This document shows, one piece after another, positions 1 through 15,299 of a stretch of DNA of 64,000 nt. Both the position numbers and the translations under genes were made by a program. Every line of letters begins with the position of its first letter. Position 1 is the stretch's first letter. The DNA is from Octopus sinensis (taxonomy: Eukaryota). The stretch is taken from assembly GCF_006345805.1 (NCBI RefSeq), contig NC_043002.1, positions 32,302,001 to 32,366,000 of the forward strand. Reading direction: 5' to 3'. The notes under the pieces were generated by a model, which ran no database searches, was not told where the DNA came from, and worked only from the letters and a program-made list of their open reading frames with translations.

Positions 1-479
1 CACTCAGCACTGACCAAATGTTAGTCAACACTAATGAAGCTCCCATGGACCTGGACACATATCGGATGACTGATGTTTTATAAAGAAAAACAATTACTGA
101 AGTCGTAATATACATGATTAAAACTTACGTGGGCCATACAGCAACAACATTTCCACGTCAGTTCACTATGAAGTTACAACAATTATCGACTAGAATGCAG
201 AAATCACCACATTCTAAAACTAACAATAGGAAAATAACTCCTCAAAAAACCATGCAGGTTATATTTATAGAATACAATAGAACAGACAGATCAAAATAGA
301 ACACAACGCAAAAATTAGCACGCGCATACACACACATCTGTCGGAATTGGTAGCTGGGTTACAAAGTACTCGATATCGAAGAAAAATAGAATAATAATAT
401 ATTTGTCTTTGTTTGAGGAACTGGTTACACACTGAAAAAATATCGGATCAACAGGTCAATGGGATATCTCAAATAATCA

Positions 480-830
480 TCTATCTATCTATCTATCTAT
501 CTAGTCTCGTGTGAACAACAAATAGGATTTCAGTAAAATAAAGCGTTAATCATGTTTTATGGACACGAATGTGACACTTCAGGCCTGCTGGTGCCTTGCA
601 AATCTCTTGGCAAATGGAACAAGTTGAGGATTCGGTTTGCTTGAGTACTTGTGGATCATTTACTATGTGTTTTCTCGAGTGGAAAGCTAGGCCTGCTTTG
701 CTTCGTGTCACAAATCCACAAAGATAGGTTAGGTATCCATAATGGGTGGTATACTGCACTATCCATCGACTACTCCACATCTTGTGATTGGCTCTGTCGT
801 ACATCTACGGCCAATATATTTAACGTAGAT
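480..830 (-). mobile_element. RTE-type non-LTR retrotransposon 3' end with two C2H2 zinc fingers
   Basis: ORF 550-804 contains CGFVTRSKAGLAFHSRKH and CSICQEICKAPAGLKCHIRVH, followed by a short 3' UTR and an (ATAG)n tail at about 480-502. Confidence 0.6.
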
Positions 831-2988
831 GTAGCTAGTGTCCTCTTGTATGCGATATTACACTGTGTATGTAGCGACTGAGGAAAATTTCTCAGGGAAG
901 TCATTATTGTCATTTGCCTAATCGGTCAATATTTTCACTATAAATCTTTATTTTCTCACTCAACGTATATCTTGTACGTACTCCATAGTTTATTTCTATA
1001 CCTCTGTTAGGAAGTCTGATAAGACACAAACATATCCAGATTTGTTATTGTGCTTTACCAATGATAAATTTCACTCCTCAACCCATTGGTTTTTTTTATT
1101 TATTTGATTTTAGGAATTGTCTTTCTTGACTTTCCGGACAATAATTATAAATTTCCAATCAAAGGAACATTTTCCTTAATTACGATGGTAATCTTAATGA
1201 ATTAAAAACAAATTTTTAGCACAATACTTTAAATATGCAGCTCTCTCGGCAGCTATGTATCAATAACATTTCTTTAACTAAAAGTGTTGAGTTTAAATAT
1301 TTTTGGCTACAATTTGGTGAGATTTGGGTTCTACCAAGCCGACCTCATCACGGTACATAATATGAAGACAATATATTCTACTGCACCTCTGCGGATTAAT
1401 AGGTGATATAACTATTTCAATCGATTCGGTTAACACTGAGTCTTAAATATATTAGGAAACACCACAATTAGGAAGTTAGTGAGGACTTCAAATTACGTTG
1501 TAATTACTGACGAAGTACTGGCAAATCAGGTCAATTTGGTTATTATTGTCCCTGAATCTTTGATATTAGAGTTGCTGTGTCTGCTGCCACAATTAATGTC
1601 ATTGATGTTCCTACAAATTTTGTTATTATTATCATTGACAATTTTGCTCTTACAATTATTCATACAGTGTGGTTGTGTCTATGTGTAAGATTCCTTACGA
1701 TGTTGCCTAAGCAGCTTTCACACACATGCACTACATTATGTGAAAGTCATTTAATTCGCTTGCCGAAAGATCTCTGATTTACTAATGAATCTCAAATGCT
1801 TAAGGTACCAAGTGCAATTAAGGAAGTTTTAAAAAGATGCTTAACATCAGTTAGCAAAGACACTATTTTTGTTTAAAGAATCGTTGCGTTATTAATCAAC
1901 CTTTAAACTGTACTAGATGGAAGCAGAAACTGAATAAATCGAGCAGCAGATAATTACTAAGTGATGATGTTTATTGGAAGACACACGTTGTAAAGCTGAT
2001 TAAGTGTTGGCCTAGTAGCCGGTGGCTCTATATTTAGAAGATTTGCCAGCTTAACTAATGCAAAAGCAAATTCATCTTTATATATGTAGATGGAATTGAA
2101 ATATATATTCCAGTTAATTTCAGTGAAATTGTTACATGGGGAGCAGTATGGCAATTTTGTAAAACACAAAGTAATAGGATAATTGAAAGAAGGTGTGTTG
2201 ATTTCTTGTAATGCTGAACAATGGATACCTTTCACAACATAGACATACCCGCAATACATGAGGGCACGAAAACCTAGGGTCATTGGTGACAGACAGAATT
2301 TCACCTGTATTAATCTTTAAATTCATCACCGGCGACGAAATTTCTATAAATATGAACAAATAGTTAATTTTTATGACCAAAACCCTAATGAATAATACAT
2401 ATCAAGTATTTGTTCTTTTCAACTTCGACACATATTATTAGGGGATTATATTGTTACAACCGGACTTTAGTATTAAAAAATAATCCGTATTCTTGCATTA
2501 GATGAAGAAAAAAAAACACAGCTGTTGACAAGATGTGTCGACAAAGAACGAATATTAATTATATCTAAAAGCAAATGTTACAATAGAATGTAACCTAATG
2601 AACTGGAGTAGCATAGAGGATTGGATTTGAGTGTTGCCCATCACCGTATAGGCTTGAATTGGAGGTATTGTAATATCTAATTCACTGACACATATGTCTC
2701 AATTCAAACAGTGATGCAGTTAAAAAAAAAAGAACAACACCATTAATAGTTTATAAACAGATGTAGTGAATTGCTGATAATGATTTGGTGATACAGCTTC
2801 ATCCCTGGCTAAAACCGCCTCAATATATTGTTTCTATCAACGCATCTTGTACGGGTGCTCTTTGACAAGAAATTAGGAGCATGTCCTCATTATTCTCTTA
2901 GATCATGAAAAGATACCGAAGAACATGGAATAAAATAAATATCCTTAGACAACATTTAATTCGCTACGAAACATATTATACTGTAACT

Positions 2989-3027
<39 letters not shown>

Positions 3028-3904
3028 CCTAAGATCATACCAGATCGGCATTAAATTTGAGACCTCATGCGTAAATGTAAAACCACCAGTTATTAAACTG
3101 GAGTCGCGTCACTTCATTATACCACTTCTATCTTAGTCTATATATTTAGAATTAATACTAGGTGATTATAAAACTCAAATCGATATTCGCTATTTTGTTG
3201 GTTCGCGTATTTACTATCAAACGATATTCGTTACAAAAGATAATCGCAGCAATATCTTTTGCACTTCCTGACAAACTACCATTGAAGGAAAAAGAATTAA
3301 AAAAAGTAAAAGATAAGCATATAGAAAAAAGAAAAAAAATCGAACACAAAAATGAAAAGATAAAAATAAAGTATAGCAAATAAAAATGGCAGCCAAAACA
3401 TTCTTGATATCTTCAACTGAATTATTTTGAGTGCAAAAAATAACAAAAAAAAAAGCACTGATCAATGCAATTAATTTGTATGGGATTACCAGGTCAAAGA
3501 GTATCATGGAAATATCTAGAACATTGTAACGGATATCAGGTTCGCTGGAAAATATTCAGTACACTTTGACGGATATCAGATATAGTAGGAAAGGTAAATG
3601 ATAGGTAACTGATTAGAATGATGACGATAGCGCTAGAAAATAGCTTTTGATATCTTCCGTTATCGTTTGTTTGTCCTTATTCCTGATGTTCATGCTGACA
3701 TTGGCTTCCTTGTTGTTTTTGTTCTTGCTGTTATTGTGGATGAGGATGATGATGATGTCGAGACGACGACGACAACGACAACGACGATAATGAGGATAAT
3801 GATCATTATGATGGTGATGATAATGACGATGTGGAGGCGGTGGATGATAAGCTAAAGTGATGACGTTGTTATCATTGACGCTTTTAGTAGCTATCATAGT
3901 TAGA

Positions 3905-5738
<1,834 letters not shown>

Positions 5739-5746
5739 TATTATCA

Positions 5747-5807
<61 letters not shown>

Positions 5808-5827
5808 GATTATTATTATTATTATTA

Positions 5828-5885
<58 letters not shown>

Positions 5886-5994
5886 CATTATTATTATTAT
5901 TATATTATTATTATTATTATTATTTATTATTATCATAATCATTATCATTATCATTATTATTATCATTATTATTATTATCATTAGTATCATTATT

Positions 5995-6025
<31 letters not shown>
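5739..6025. repeat. (ATT/ATC)n microsatellite
   Basis: Direct reading; this tract produces the poly-Ile ORF artefacts. Confidence 0.95.
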
Positions 6026-6026
<1 letters not shown>

Positions 6027-6512
6027 GTTTTTTCCTTCTTTCTTCAAATTTTCTTCCGTTTCTCGCCGAGTGTCTTCCATACACCTAGGGCAGAGAAGGG
6101 CATTGTATGCATTCCCAGATTACACGCGCAAATTCCCAGATAACATATGTATTTAAAAATTAACAAATATATAAATTCATGGATGGATGTTATTTTCACA
6201 GCGATAGTGCTCTTCTCAGTACATGAGCCGTTCCAGTTAATACGATTTTTTGCACTTCCTGTAGGGATGGTAAGCCTGGAATCATTTTCAAATAGGTTTC
6301 AGTGCCTTTTTTTATCATTCATAGAGATCCTACAATCACTGGTACTGTAGTCGCCTTGAGATGCCACATTTTTTCAATTTCCATTAGCAGGTCTTTATAT
6401 TTACTAATCTTGTCAAATTCTTTCGCCGCTATATTATGATTGCAAGGGATACTCATGTCAATTAATAAACACATCCTTTTTGTCTGATATTTTATAATGA
6501 TATCCGGTATCA
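6026..6512 (-). mobile_element. R4/Dong-clade LINE 3' fragment, copy 2 (a different subfamily)
   Basis: PDIIIKYQTKRMCLLIDMSIPCNHNIAAKEFDKISKYKDL...KATTVPVIVGSL is a PD-(D/E)xK endonuclease region. It is followed by QEVQKIVLTGTAHVLRRALSL*, a distinct 3' UTR, and then (AAT)n. Confidence 0.88.
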
Positions 6513-6576
6513 TTATTATTATTATCATTATCATCATTATTATTAATTATTATTATTATTATTATTATTATTATCA

Positions 6577-6630
<54 letters not shown>

Positions 6631-6646
6631 TATTATTATTATTATT

Positions 6647-7556
6647 CATATGCATTCAACAGACTACACTGTTGGAAAAGAAAAGAATCCTAACATTGGA
6701 TTACAAAAAGTTGCTTTATATGCCAAAAGCCCTTCTAAGTATCCTAGCTGTCCCTAATAACAATATCTTCTGCAGCTTTACTGAAATGGGCTTTATGCCT
6801 ATTTTCTCTTTCCATCTGTCCAGACTTTCAGAGATAGTTGCCAATGCACCTATAACTTCTGTGGTACATTTCACCTGCACTTTCCATAGTCTCTGTAAGT
6901 CTATGGCAAGGTCCTGATACTTTGCTTTTTTTTTCTATACTCCTCATATTGATTTTCTAATCATTTGGGACTGTAAGATCAATTATCTGCCACTTTTCTC
7001 TTCCCTTTATCTACTGCTACTAAATCAGGCCTTCTAGCTTACATTACTCTGTCAGTCTGAATGTTAAAGTCCCACAACATCTTATATTTTTACTTTCTAG
7101 TACTTTTCTAGAGCCATGTTCATACAATTTATTAACATGTTCAAATTCTAGCTTCCTATATTATTCCCAGTAGATTACTCTGCCTAGGTTGTCATGTATT
7201 TTCTTATATTCTTTCTGTGCCAGCATGCCACATTCACTTATTATGTGAGTAACGCTTTCCTCTTTTGATTTGCATAACCTACATTGGGAATCTACTTGGT
7301 TTTTGCTTATGTTGGTTTTTATCCAATTAGTCCTTAATGCTTCGTGTTATGCAGCTACTAACAAACTTTCTGTCTCCCTCTTCAGCTTTCCTTTCTGCAA
7401 CCATAGCCATGTCTCACTACTAATATTTACTGTAACTATCTTTGGGAATCTACCATGCAACGCCTTCTCCTGCCAGTCAGATAATTTCGGGGTTTTTCTG
7501 GTTTTTAAAGTTCGTTCGGGTTTTTGCTTTCCTTCTGTGTTGCTGTGACTCTACCA
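6647..7556 (-). mobile_element. R4/Dong-clade LINE 3' fragment, copy 3 (paralogous to 4020-4930)
   Basis: The C-terminus LQKILLLGTARILRRAFGI* and the 3' UTR align with copy 1. (ATT)n lies on both sides. Confidence 0.85.
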
Positions 7557-7557
7557 T

Positions 7558-7709
7558 ATTATTATTATTATTATTATATTATTATTATTATTAGTAGTAG
7601 TAGTAGAGGTAGTAGTAGTAGTAGTAGTAGTAGAGGTAGTAGTAGTAGTAGTAGTAGTAGAAGTAGTAGTGGTGGTGGTGGTGGTGGTGGTTGTAGTAGT
7701 AGCAGCATC

Positions 7710-7752
<43 letters not shown>

Positions 7753-7765
7753 GTAGTAGTAGTAT
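7558..7765. repeat. Compound (ATT)n(AGT)n(GGT)n microsatellite
   Basis: Direct reading of the sequence. Confidence 0.95.
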
Positions 7766-7950
7766 ATATACTAGAGGCATTAATAGTAGCTCATTTTCAT
7801 TTCCCTCGTCTGCATTGAAGGGTTCCTCTATTTTACGTTAGTTAACTAAATCTCTTGTGACGTGTCCTGGAAAATAACCTACAGGACGTATATTTAGTGA
7901 GATCAATGGTGTGCTACGTTACTTATTGTAAAGCTATATTTAACATCGAT

Positions 7951-8146
7951 AAGGCGGCGAGCTGGGCAAAATACCTAGCAGTTTTGGTGTGTCTTTACGT
8001 TCTGAGTTCAAATTTTGCCGAGGTTGACTTTGCATTTCATCCTTTCGAGGTCGATAAAATAAGTACTGATTTCATACTAGGGTCGATGTAATCGACTTAT
8101 TCCCCTTTCAAAGTTGCTGGCCTTGTACTAATATTTGAAACCAATA
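7951..8146 (+). mobile_element. Octopus-type tRNA-derived SINE, short family (aaggcggcgagctgg head)
   Basis: Homologous to 35207-35378, 43728-44100 and 63561-63770 within the window. Confidence 0.8.
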
Positions 8147-8796
8147 TTTAACACTGATAATGTATAATATATAATAAAATAAACAATTGCAGATAAAATA
8201 TTAGAAAGAAAACATTTTTGATGACTTAATTCAATAGCTCAGCACTCAAGCTATTTGCAAAAATTCCATGAATGGAGGAGTGTAGGAGAAGAATTTTAGA
8301 ACACACAACTTGATGCTATAAGTACTAAATCAGGATACCAAGCTATCCTCAGGCTAAAGGTCTGCCTCACTACTTGTTAGAAAATCTACTCAAGGCATCC
8401 GTCGGTTAGTGTTGACCATACATCAACATTTACGCGTATACCCGGGCAAGATGTGTCGAGAAAAACTGGTATTTGTCCATGACGGTAAGTCTCCCCTCTC
8501 TGAGCCACCGATATGTATGCAAGTGAAAATCCGCTGACGTGTGCCGACACGACTTAGTACCGGTGTAGGATAGAACAATTTTATCAGAACGCAAAGATCA
8601 GGCACAAATACACAAATACTGCAATGCATCTCGTCCAAATATTTATTTGAATGTAAGTAGATACTGTTGAAAGATATATTCCATTTAATTGTGAATAGAT
8701 ACATCCGGAAGATATTTGCTCTGTAAGAAGCGACACAATATCATAAATGAAAAGAGTTATGTGTGATTCTATGCACCATGTTCACCTACCTTGCAC

Positions 8797-8989
8797 TTAC
8801 TCTTTTACTCTTTTACTTGTTTCAGTCATGCTGGAGCACCGCATTCAGCAAATCGACCCCAGGACTTATTCTTTGTAAGCCTAGTATTTATTCTATCGGT
8901 CCCTTTTGTCGAACCGCCAAGTTACGGGGACATATACACACCAGCATCCGTTGTCAAGCGATGTTGAGGAGACAATCATAGACACATAA

Positions 8990-9038
<49 letters not shown>

Positions 9039-9202
9039 CATATATACGACGGGCTTCTTTCAGTTTCCGGCTACCAAATCTACTCACAAGGCTTTGGTCG
9101 GCTACAGTAGAAGACATTTGCCCAAGGCTCCACGCAGTGGGAATGAACCCGGAACCATGTGGTTCATAAGCAAGCGACTTACCACACCGGCATTCCTACG
9201 CC
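8797..9202 (-). mobile_element. Octopus-type SINE, long family (about 400 bp, central TA/CA microsatellite, ...gaaacaagtaaaagagta tail)
   Basis: Full-length copy homologous to 20024-20864, 49805-50195 and 51421-51822. Confidence 0.88.
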
Positions 9203-9822
9203 TATGGTGCATTCTTTTATCACTTTCCAACCATTAAAGGTGAAGTTAACATGGACAGGAATAGCACTCAGATTGCAGAGCGTTGTAAAAAATGTCACAA
9301 GGTATACTAACCTATGCTATAACGTTTTCACCATGTCGCCAATACGCTAAGCTCCAAGTGGTAGTACTAAATGAAAGTTGGCTGGATTAGATAGTGATTA
9401 ACCACTGAAGAACACGAATGTTCTGAAGGGAAGTAACAAAGATTACATTCACTACATTTCACATACAGATCTATGGTCAATATTTGTTGCATGATTCTAG
9501 CCCAAAGTCTCATGAAAAGTATCGAGGAAAGAAACATCTAATTGTGAAGTAAGCAAATTTCCTCACAGCATCACGATGCTTACGTCCAACATTTTATATA
9601 AATAGAAATAACATGGATATCACTAAAAATGGAAGTTAACTATTCTGGGTTTTATAGCCAAATATTTAAATATTGCAATATGATATATTGCTATCTCAAG
9701 TTATCAACACGCAATTCAAATACACAGACATACAAAAATCACACTCACGTACAATATGTCTATTTCTGTGTATGTGGGTACGTGCATGTGTATATGTATG
9801 TCCATTTATCTATCTATCTATC

Positions 9823-9949
<127 letters not shown>

Positions 9950-9962
9950 TATATATATATAC

Positions 9963-12051
9963 ATAAGGAAAAGAATCTGAAAATGTAGGAATCTTTTAAG
10001 AGTATTTATTAACCTAATCGGTTTCCCTTATTTCAAAAGATTTTCAAAAGTAAGGTATGAGGCTTTGTGTATCATCTGTGATGAGTCAAAAATTAGTTTG
10101 CATAAAAACATTCAGATCAGGTAATAACATTTTTTTTCCTATGATAAGATAAAAATTACTTTACATAAATATACCCAGATCAAGTAATAGAGTCTTTGAC
10201 AAGATGAGAAAACGTTTCTGACTTGTCAATCAGTGGGAGCTAAAGCTTTAGTCTCACTGTGATCAGAAACCTGAATTGATTGCAGTATCTTAAACTGCAA
10301 AAAAAAAAAAAAAAAAAAAAAAAACCTCAGATGAGATGAGAAATAACAGACCATTTATAGTTTTCGGATTTGGCTGTTGGGTCTCGCATGTGGATGGAAT
10401 TTGACAGTTACTTCTATTTTATACAGAAACGGTGGTTCAAAATTGCCTTCATTTTAACAAACAATGTGGTTGCTTCATGGCAGTCACATAATCAAAAGAT
10501 GGGTCTGTTTTTTTTTTTTAAAAAAGTGACTAAGAATTTCTCTCACTTTAAAGACAGTGTGTGTGTGTGTGTGGGGGGGTGATGGCAGTCACATGATAAA
10601 AAGATAGTTCGCGATTGTTCTACGTTCGAATAAGTTGTTGTGGAACCGTGAAGAGCTTGTTTGGTGAAAGGCAGGTTCTAAAATGGTTCAGTAATTTTGG
10701 TTGAGGTTTTGGGGTTTATATGTATGACTCATAAGTAAAGGATGGTGTGCATTTGTCTGTAAGTGTATGTGTGTGTTTTTTGTTCTGGGAAAAGCGAATA
10801 GCAGGTTTGTGTGTGTGTTTGTGTGTGTGTGTGCATGCGTGTGCGTACGTGCGCGTACATGAGCCTGTATATCTGGGTGTCTATTTGCGTGTAATTTAAT
10901 GTGTGCATGTATATATGTGTGTTTTTTTCTAGGAAATGCGAATAGCGGGTTTATGTGCATGTGTATCTGCATGCGTGTGCATACATGTGTGCGTATATGT
11001 GGGTGTTCTATTTGTGTTTGTGTAAGTGTGTCTACGTATGTGTGCATGTGTTTGCACGCGTGTGTTTGGGTGAATTGCGGTTGTCCGGGTGGTTGTGTGT
11101 GTACGTGTGTATGCGTGTGTATATGTGTTATTGTCATACACAATATAACACACACATATACACGCATACACCGCCTTGATAAATATCACACACACAATTG
11201 CACACACACGTACGCGCACGAAACTATGAGAAATATAACACACACATACACACGCATACTTACGTACGCACATACACACACCAGCCTGATAAATACAGCA
11301 CACAATACACAGGGATGCACACACGCATACACACACACACACACCACCCTGACAACCACAACACACAAATACACATGCACTCACACACACACACGTACGT
11401 AGACACACACGTACGTAGACACACACGTACACACACAAATAGAACACCGTCATACACGCACACACACACATACACACGCACGCACACATACACACACGCA
11501 CGCACACACACACACACGCACGCACACAAACACGCAATCCCGCTATTCGCATTTCCCATAAAAAACACGCATACATATAAAATAGCAGTCAGTGTCAAAT
11601 TCCATCCACAGTTAGATCCGAGAACTATAAATGGTCTGTTACTTTTCATCGCATCTGAGATATTTTCAGTTTAAGATGATGCATACAAATAATGTTTTCT
11701 GATCACCCACTTTAGACCCCACTGATGGACAAACCAGACACGTTTCATATTCTTGTCAAAGACTCTATTACTTGATGTGGATATATTTATGTAAAGTAAT
11801 TTTATCTTCTTATCATTGTAAAATATGTCATTGCCTGATCTGAATGTTTCTATGTAAACTATTTTTTGACTCGTCACAGACGATACACAAGGCCAAGCCT
11901 CAAACTTTTTCTTGTTAAAATACAAGATGACATAACAGAGAATGCACAAAACCTCATACCTTAGTTTTGAAAATCTTTTGAAATAAGTGAAACCGGTTAA
12001 GTTCATAAATGTTTTAGAAAGACTACTGCATTTGAAGATTATTTCCCTTAT
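9963..12051. mobile_element. About 2.1 kb foldback (long inverted repeat) element
   Basis: 9963-10270 is the diverged reverse complement of about 11690-12051. 10340-10420 pairs with 11578-11645, and 10915-11140 pairs with about 11200-11575. No coding capacity is evident. Confidence 0.8.
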
Positions 12052-12103
12052 ATATGCACTCAGGTGGTAAACCCAACTTTACTTTGTTTATGTGTGTGTG
12101 TGT

Positions 12104-12178
<75 letters not shown>

Positions 12179-12350
12179 TATTTGTTTCTCTGGAGACTGT
12201 CAGAATGATGTAGGCACCTCTGATGAGAATCCAGTAAGTTTAGAAAATTCATTAAGTTTGTTCCATTTTTTTCAGTCTGCGGAGAAATGGCTAAATTTGC
12301 CCTGTTTATGATTATACCATATATTACACACACACACACACATATATATA

Positions 12351-12889
12351 TACACTGTTGTGTCTGGGGAGAGTCATTCTCTTTTTCTACCTTATAATTT
12401 AACACACTCACCGGTAAAATTTCCACTTATTTCCATTTTTCTAAAATCTTCGTTGCGTCTTGCAACCTTTTCAATAGTTTTGTGTGATATATTTATCAGG
12501 ATGGTGTGTGTATGTGTGTGTTATATGTTGTCAGGGTGTTATGTGTGTACGTATGTATGCATTGTATGTGTTATATTTATCAGTGGGGTGTATGCGTGTA
12601 CGTCTGTATGCCTATACGTGAGTATGCGTGTATATGTATGTATCATATTGTGTGTGACAACAACATACACATATACGCGCATACACATGTACACACACAA
12701 CCGCTCGGACAACCGCAACACACACAAACGCGCGCGTTAACACAGACGCACACACATTATTGAAAAGTTTGCATGACGCAACGAAAATTTTAGAAAAATA
12801 AAGAAGGAAATAAGTGGAAATTTTACCGGTGAGTATGTTAAATTATAAGGTACTAAAAGAGAAAGGCTCTCCCTAGACACAACACTATA
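12351..12889. mobile_element. MITE-like element with about 130 bp TIRs, TA-flanked (Tc1/mariner-like termini)
   Basis: The left end tacactgttgtgtctggggagagtcattctc...accggtaaaatttccacttatttcc mirrors the right end ggaaataagtggaaattttaccggt...ctctccctagacacaacacta. Confidence 0.75.
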
Positions 12890-12943
12890 TGCTTCAACAC
12901 ACCAACTCATATATAGAATCTTGCAAACCAGATCCTAAAACGC

Positions 12944-13034
<91 letters not shown>

Positions 13035-13094
13035 TACACTGGTACACCGGCGATTATAATTAATTTTATTGTATCGCATTTATCTTTGTTTATA

Positions 13095-13170
<76 letters not shown>

Positions 13171-13645
13171 TATATATATTTATATTTATGTATGTATATA
13201 TATGCACGTATGTATGTATGTATCTCGCGCTGGCTGACATTTGAAACCAACACAGATACAACAACATCTACAGTGTAGTTTTTTGAATCACAAGGTATAT
13301 TCATTTTCTGTATGAAAATCTTCAAGCACTCTATCCTTTGAAACAATAGCTAACAATGCTACGGCACCTTTTGGTAATATTTTTCTCTGTTGTTACTTTA
13401 TTTTAGTTCTATAAGGACAAGCAACAAATAGCCATTTTGAAATAAATGATGTGACGACCTATTTTTTATACTGGTCCAAGATCGTAAAATTCGACCTTGT
13501 AGTTTTCACTAAAACCCTTGCGCAAATGACTTGTAAATAATATCAGAAGTCTCTAGATTCCTGCATAAATATACACGCACACAGACAAACACACACACAC
13601 ACATATATTCAAACGAATACAGTCATATATAAAATAGTATGTCTG

Positions 13646-13678
<33 letters not shown>

Positions 13679-13734
13679 GTGTGGTGTGTGTGAGTTTGTC
13701 TGTGCGTGTATATATATATACACATACACACACA

Positions 13735-14200
<466 letters not shown>

Positions 14201-14494
14201 GCAGACATACATACTAAATACCAATCTTGAGAAATTAGGCTTCTTAAAACCAGAAAGGAGAAAGCTACGAAAGCTTGTAATTCGAAGACTAAAAATCCAA
14301 GCCATCGCTAGAAGTGTTACAATCTGTAAAATCTTCAAGAAGTTTATCATTTAAGTATATCGAGGTTTAAGCATTTCTAGATATGCAAGTATATGCATAA
14401 GACGTATATAAACCAAAACATACAAATATACCCGCATACATACACACACGTACATACATACATACATACATACATACATACATACATACATACA

Positions 14495-14975
14495 TAGTGG
14501 CTGCCCCCCTCGTTATCGAGTACGGCCATTGCACGAAGCTTAATCAATGTTGTTCGTGCAATGCCTGTGCAAGAAGATTTTTTTTTAAAGTGAGGAAAGG
14601 CTGTGCACTGAGTCAATTCCACTCACTAAGCAACAGCAGCCATAATCTGAAAAGAAGAACAAGTCAACATCATCGGTAACCACTGAGCCGCAGGTTTTAT
14701 GTCAGAGTTATCCCAGTTGCTTGAGTTACCTTCTCCCAGAAGGATGCCCTAACAAAGGCTAGGAGTCCTTCACTCCCAATGGTTTAACACGTGATCGGGT
14801 ATTCAGTCCGATTATTTCTATGTCCCCGCGCATGATACAGCCTTAAGACATTCATTGGATGGCCGTTGACTCTCAAGAATTCCTCCGCCCTTTGACGGGT
14901 TTTGTTTATCATCCCGCAGGGTGTCCAATAAACACCCTCCTCACAATGCATGCATACATACATACATACATACAT
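14495..14975 (-). mobile_element. Probable non-LTR retrotransposon 3' fragments between (TACA)n tracts
   Basis: GC-richer block whose minus strand ends ...tactcgataacgagggggcagccac followed by (TATG)n, resembling an RTE 3' terminus. No diagnostic protein motif. Confidence 0.35.
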
Positions 14976-15299
14976 ACATACATACATACATACATACATA
15001 CATACATACATACACGTATACATGCATAATTATCCTGTTGTTGACGTTGAAATTCCGATGAAGGAGCCTTAGATCTAGGTTAGAAATCGGCTCTTTCTCT
15101 TTTGACAAGAAATCTTGAAATAGAACTGAATAATGACATAATACACTCCTCACAAACATATATACATATGAATGATATTGTTGGAATTACATTTATTCAA
15201 CGGTTTGTAGTTGTTTCAATAGCGTGTGAGTGACAAATCACAGCATATGAATGAAGTCATGGCAGAAAGCAATGTAACTGTCGTCTTGATTATTTAATA

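Noticed and set aside
8423-8704. 93 aa ORF, possible GIY-YIG/Penelope remnant
   Set aside because: I could not recover a convincing GIY-YIG motif in any frame.
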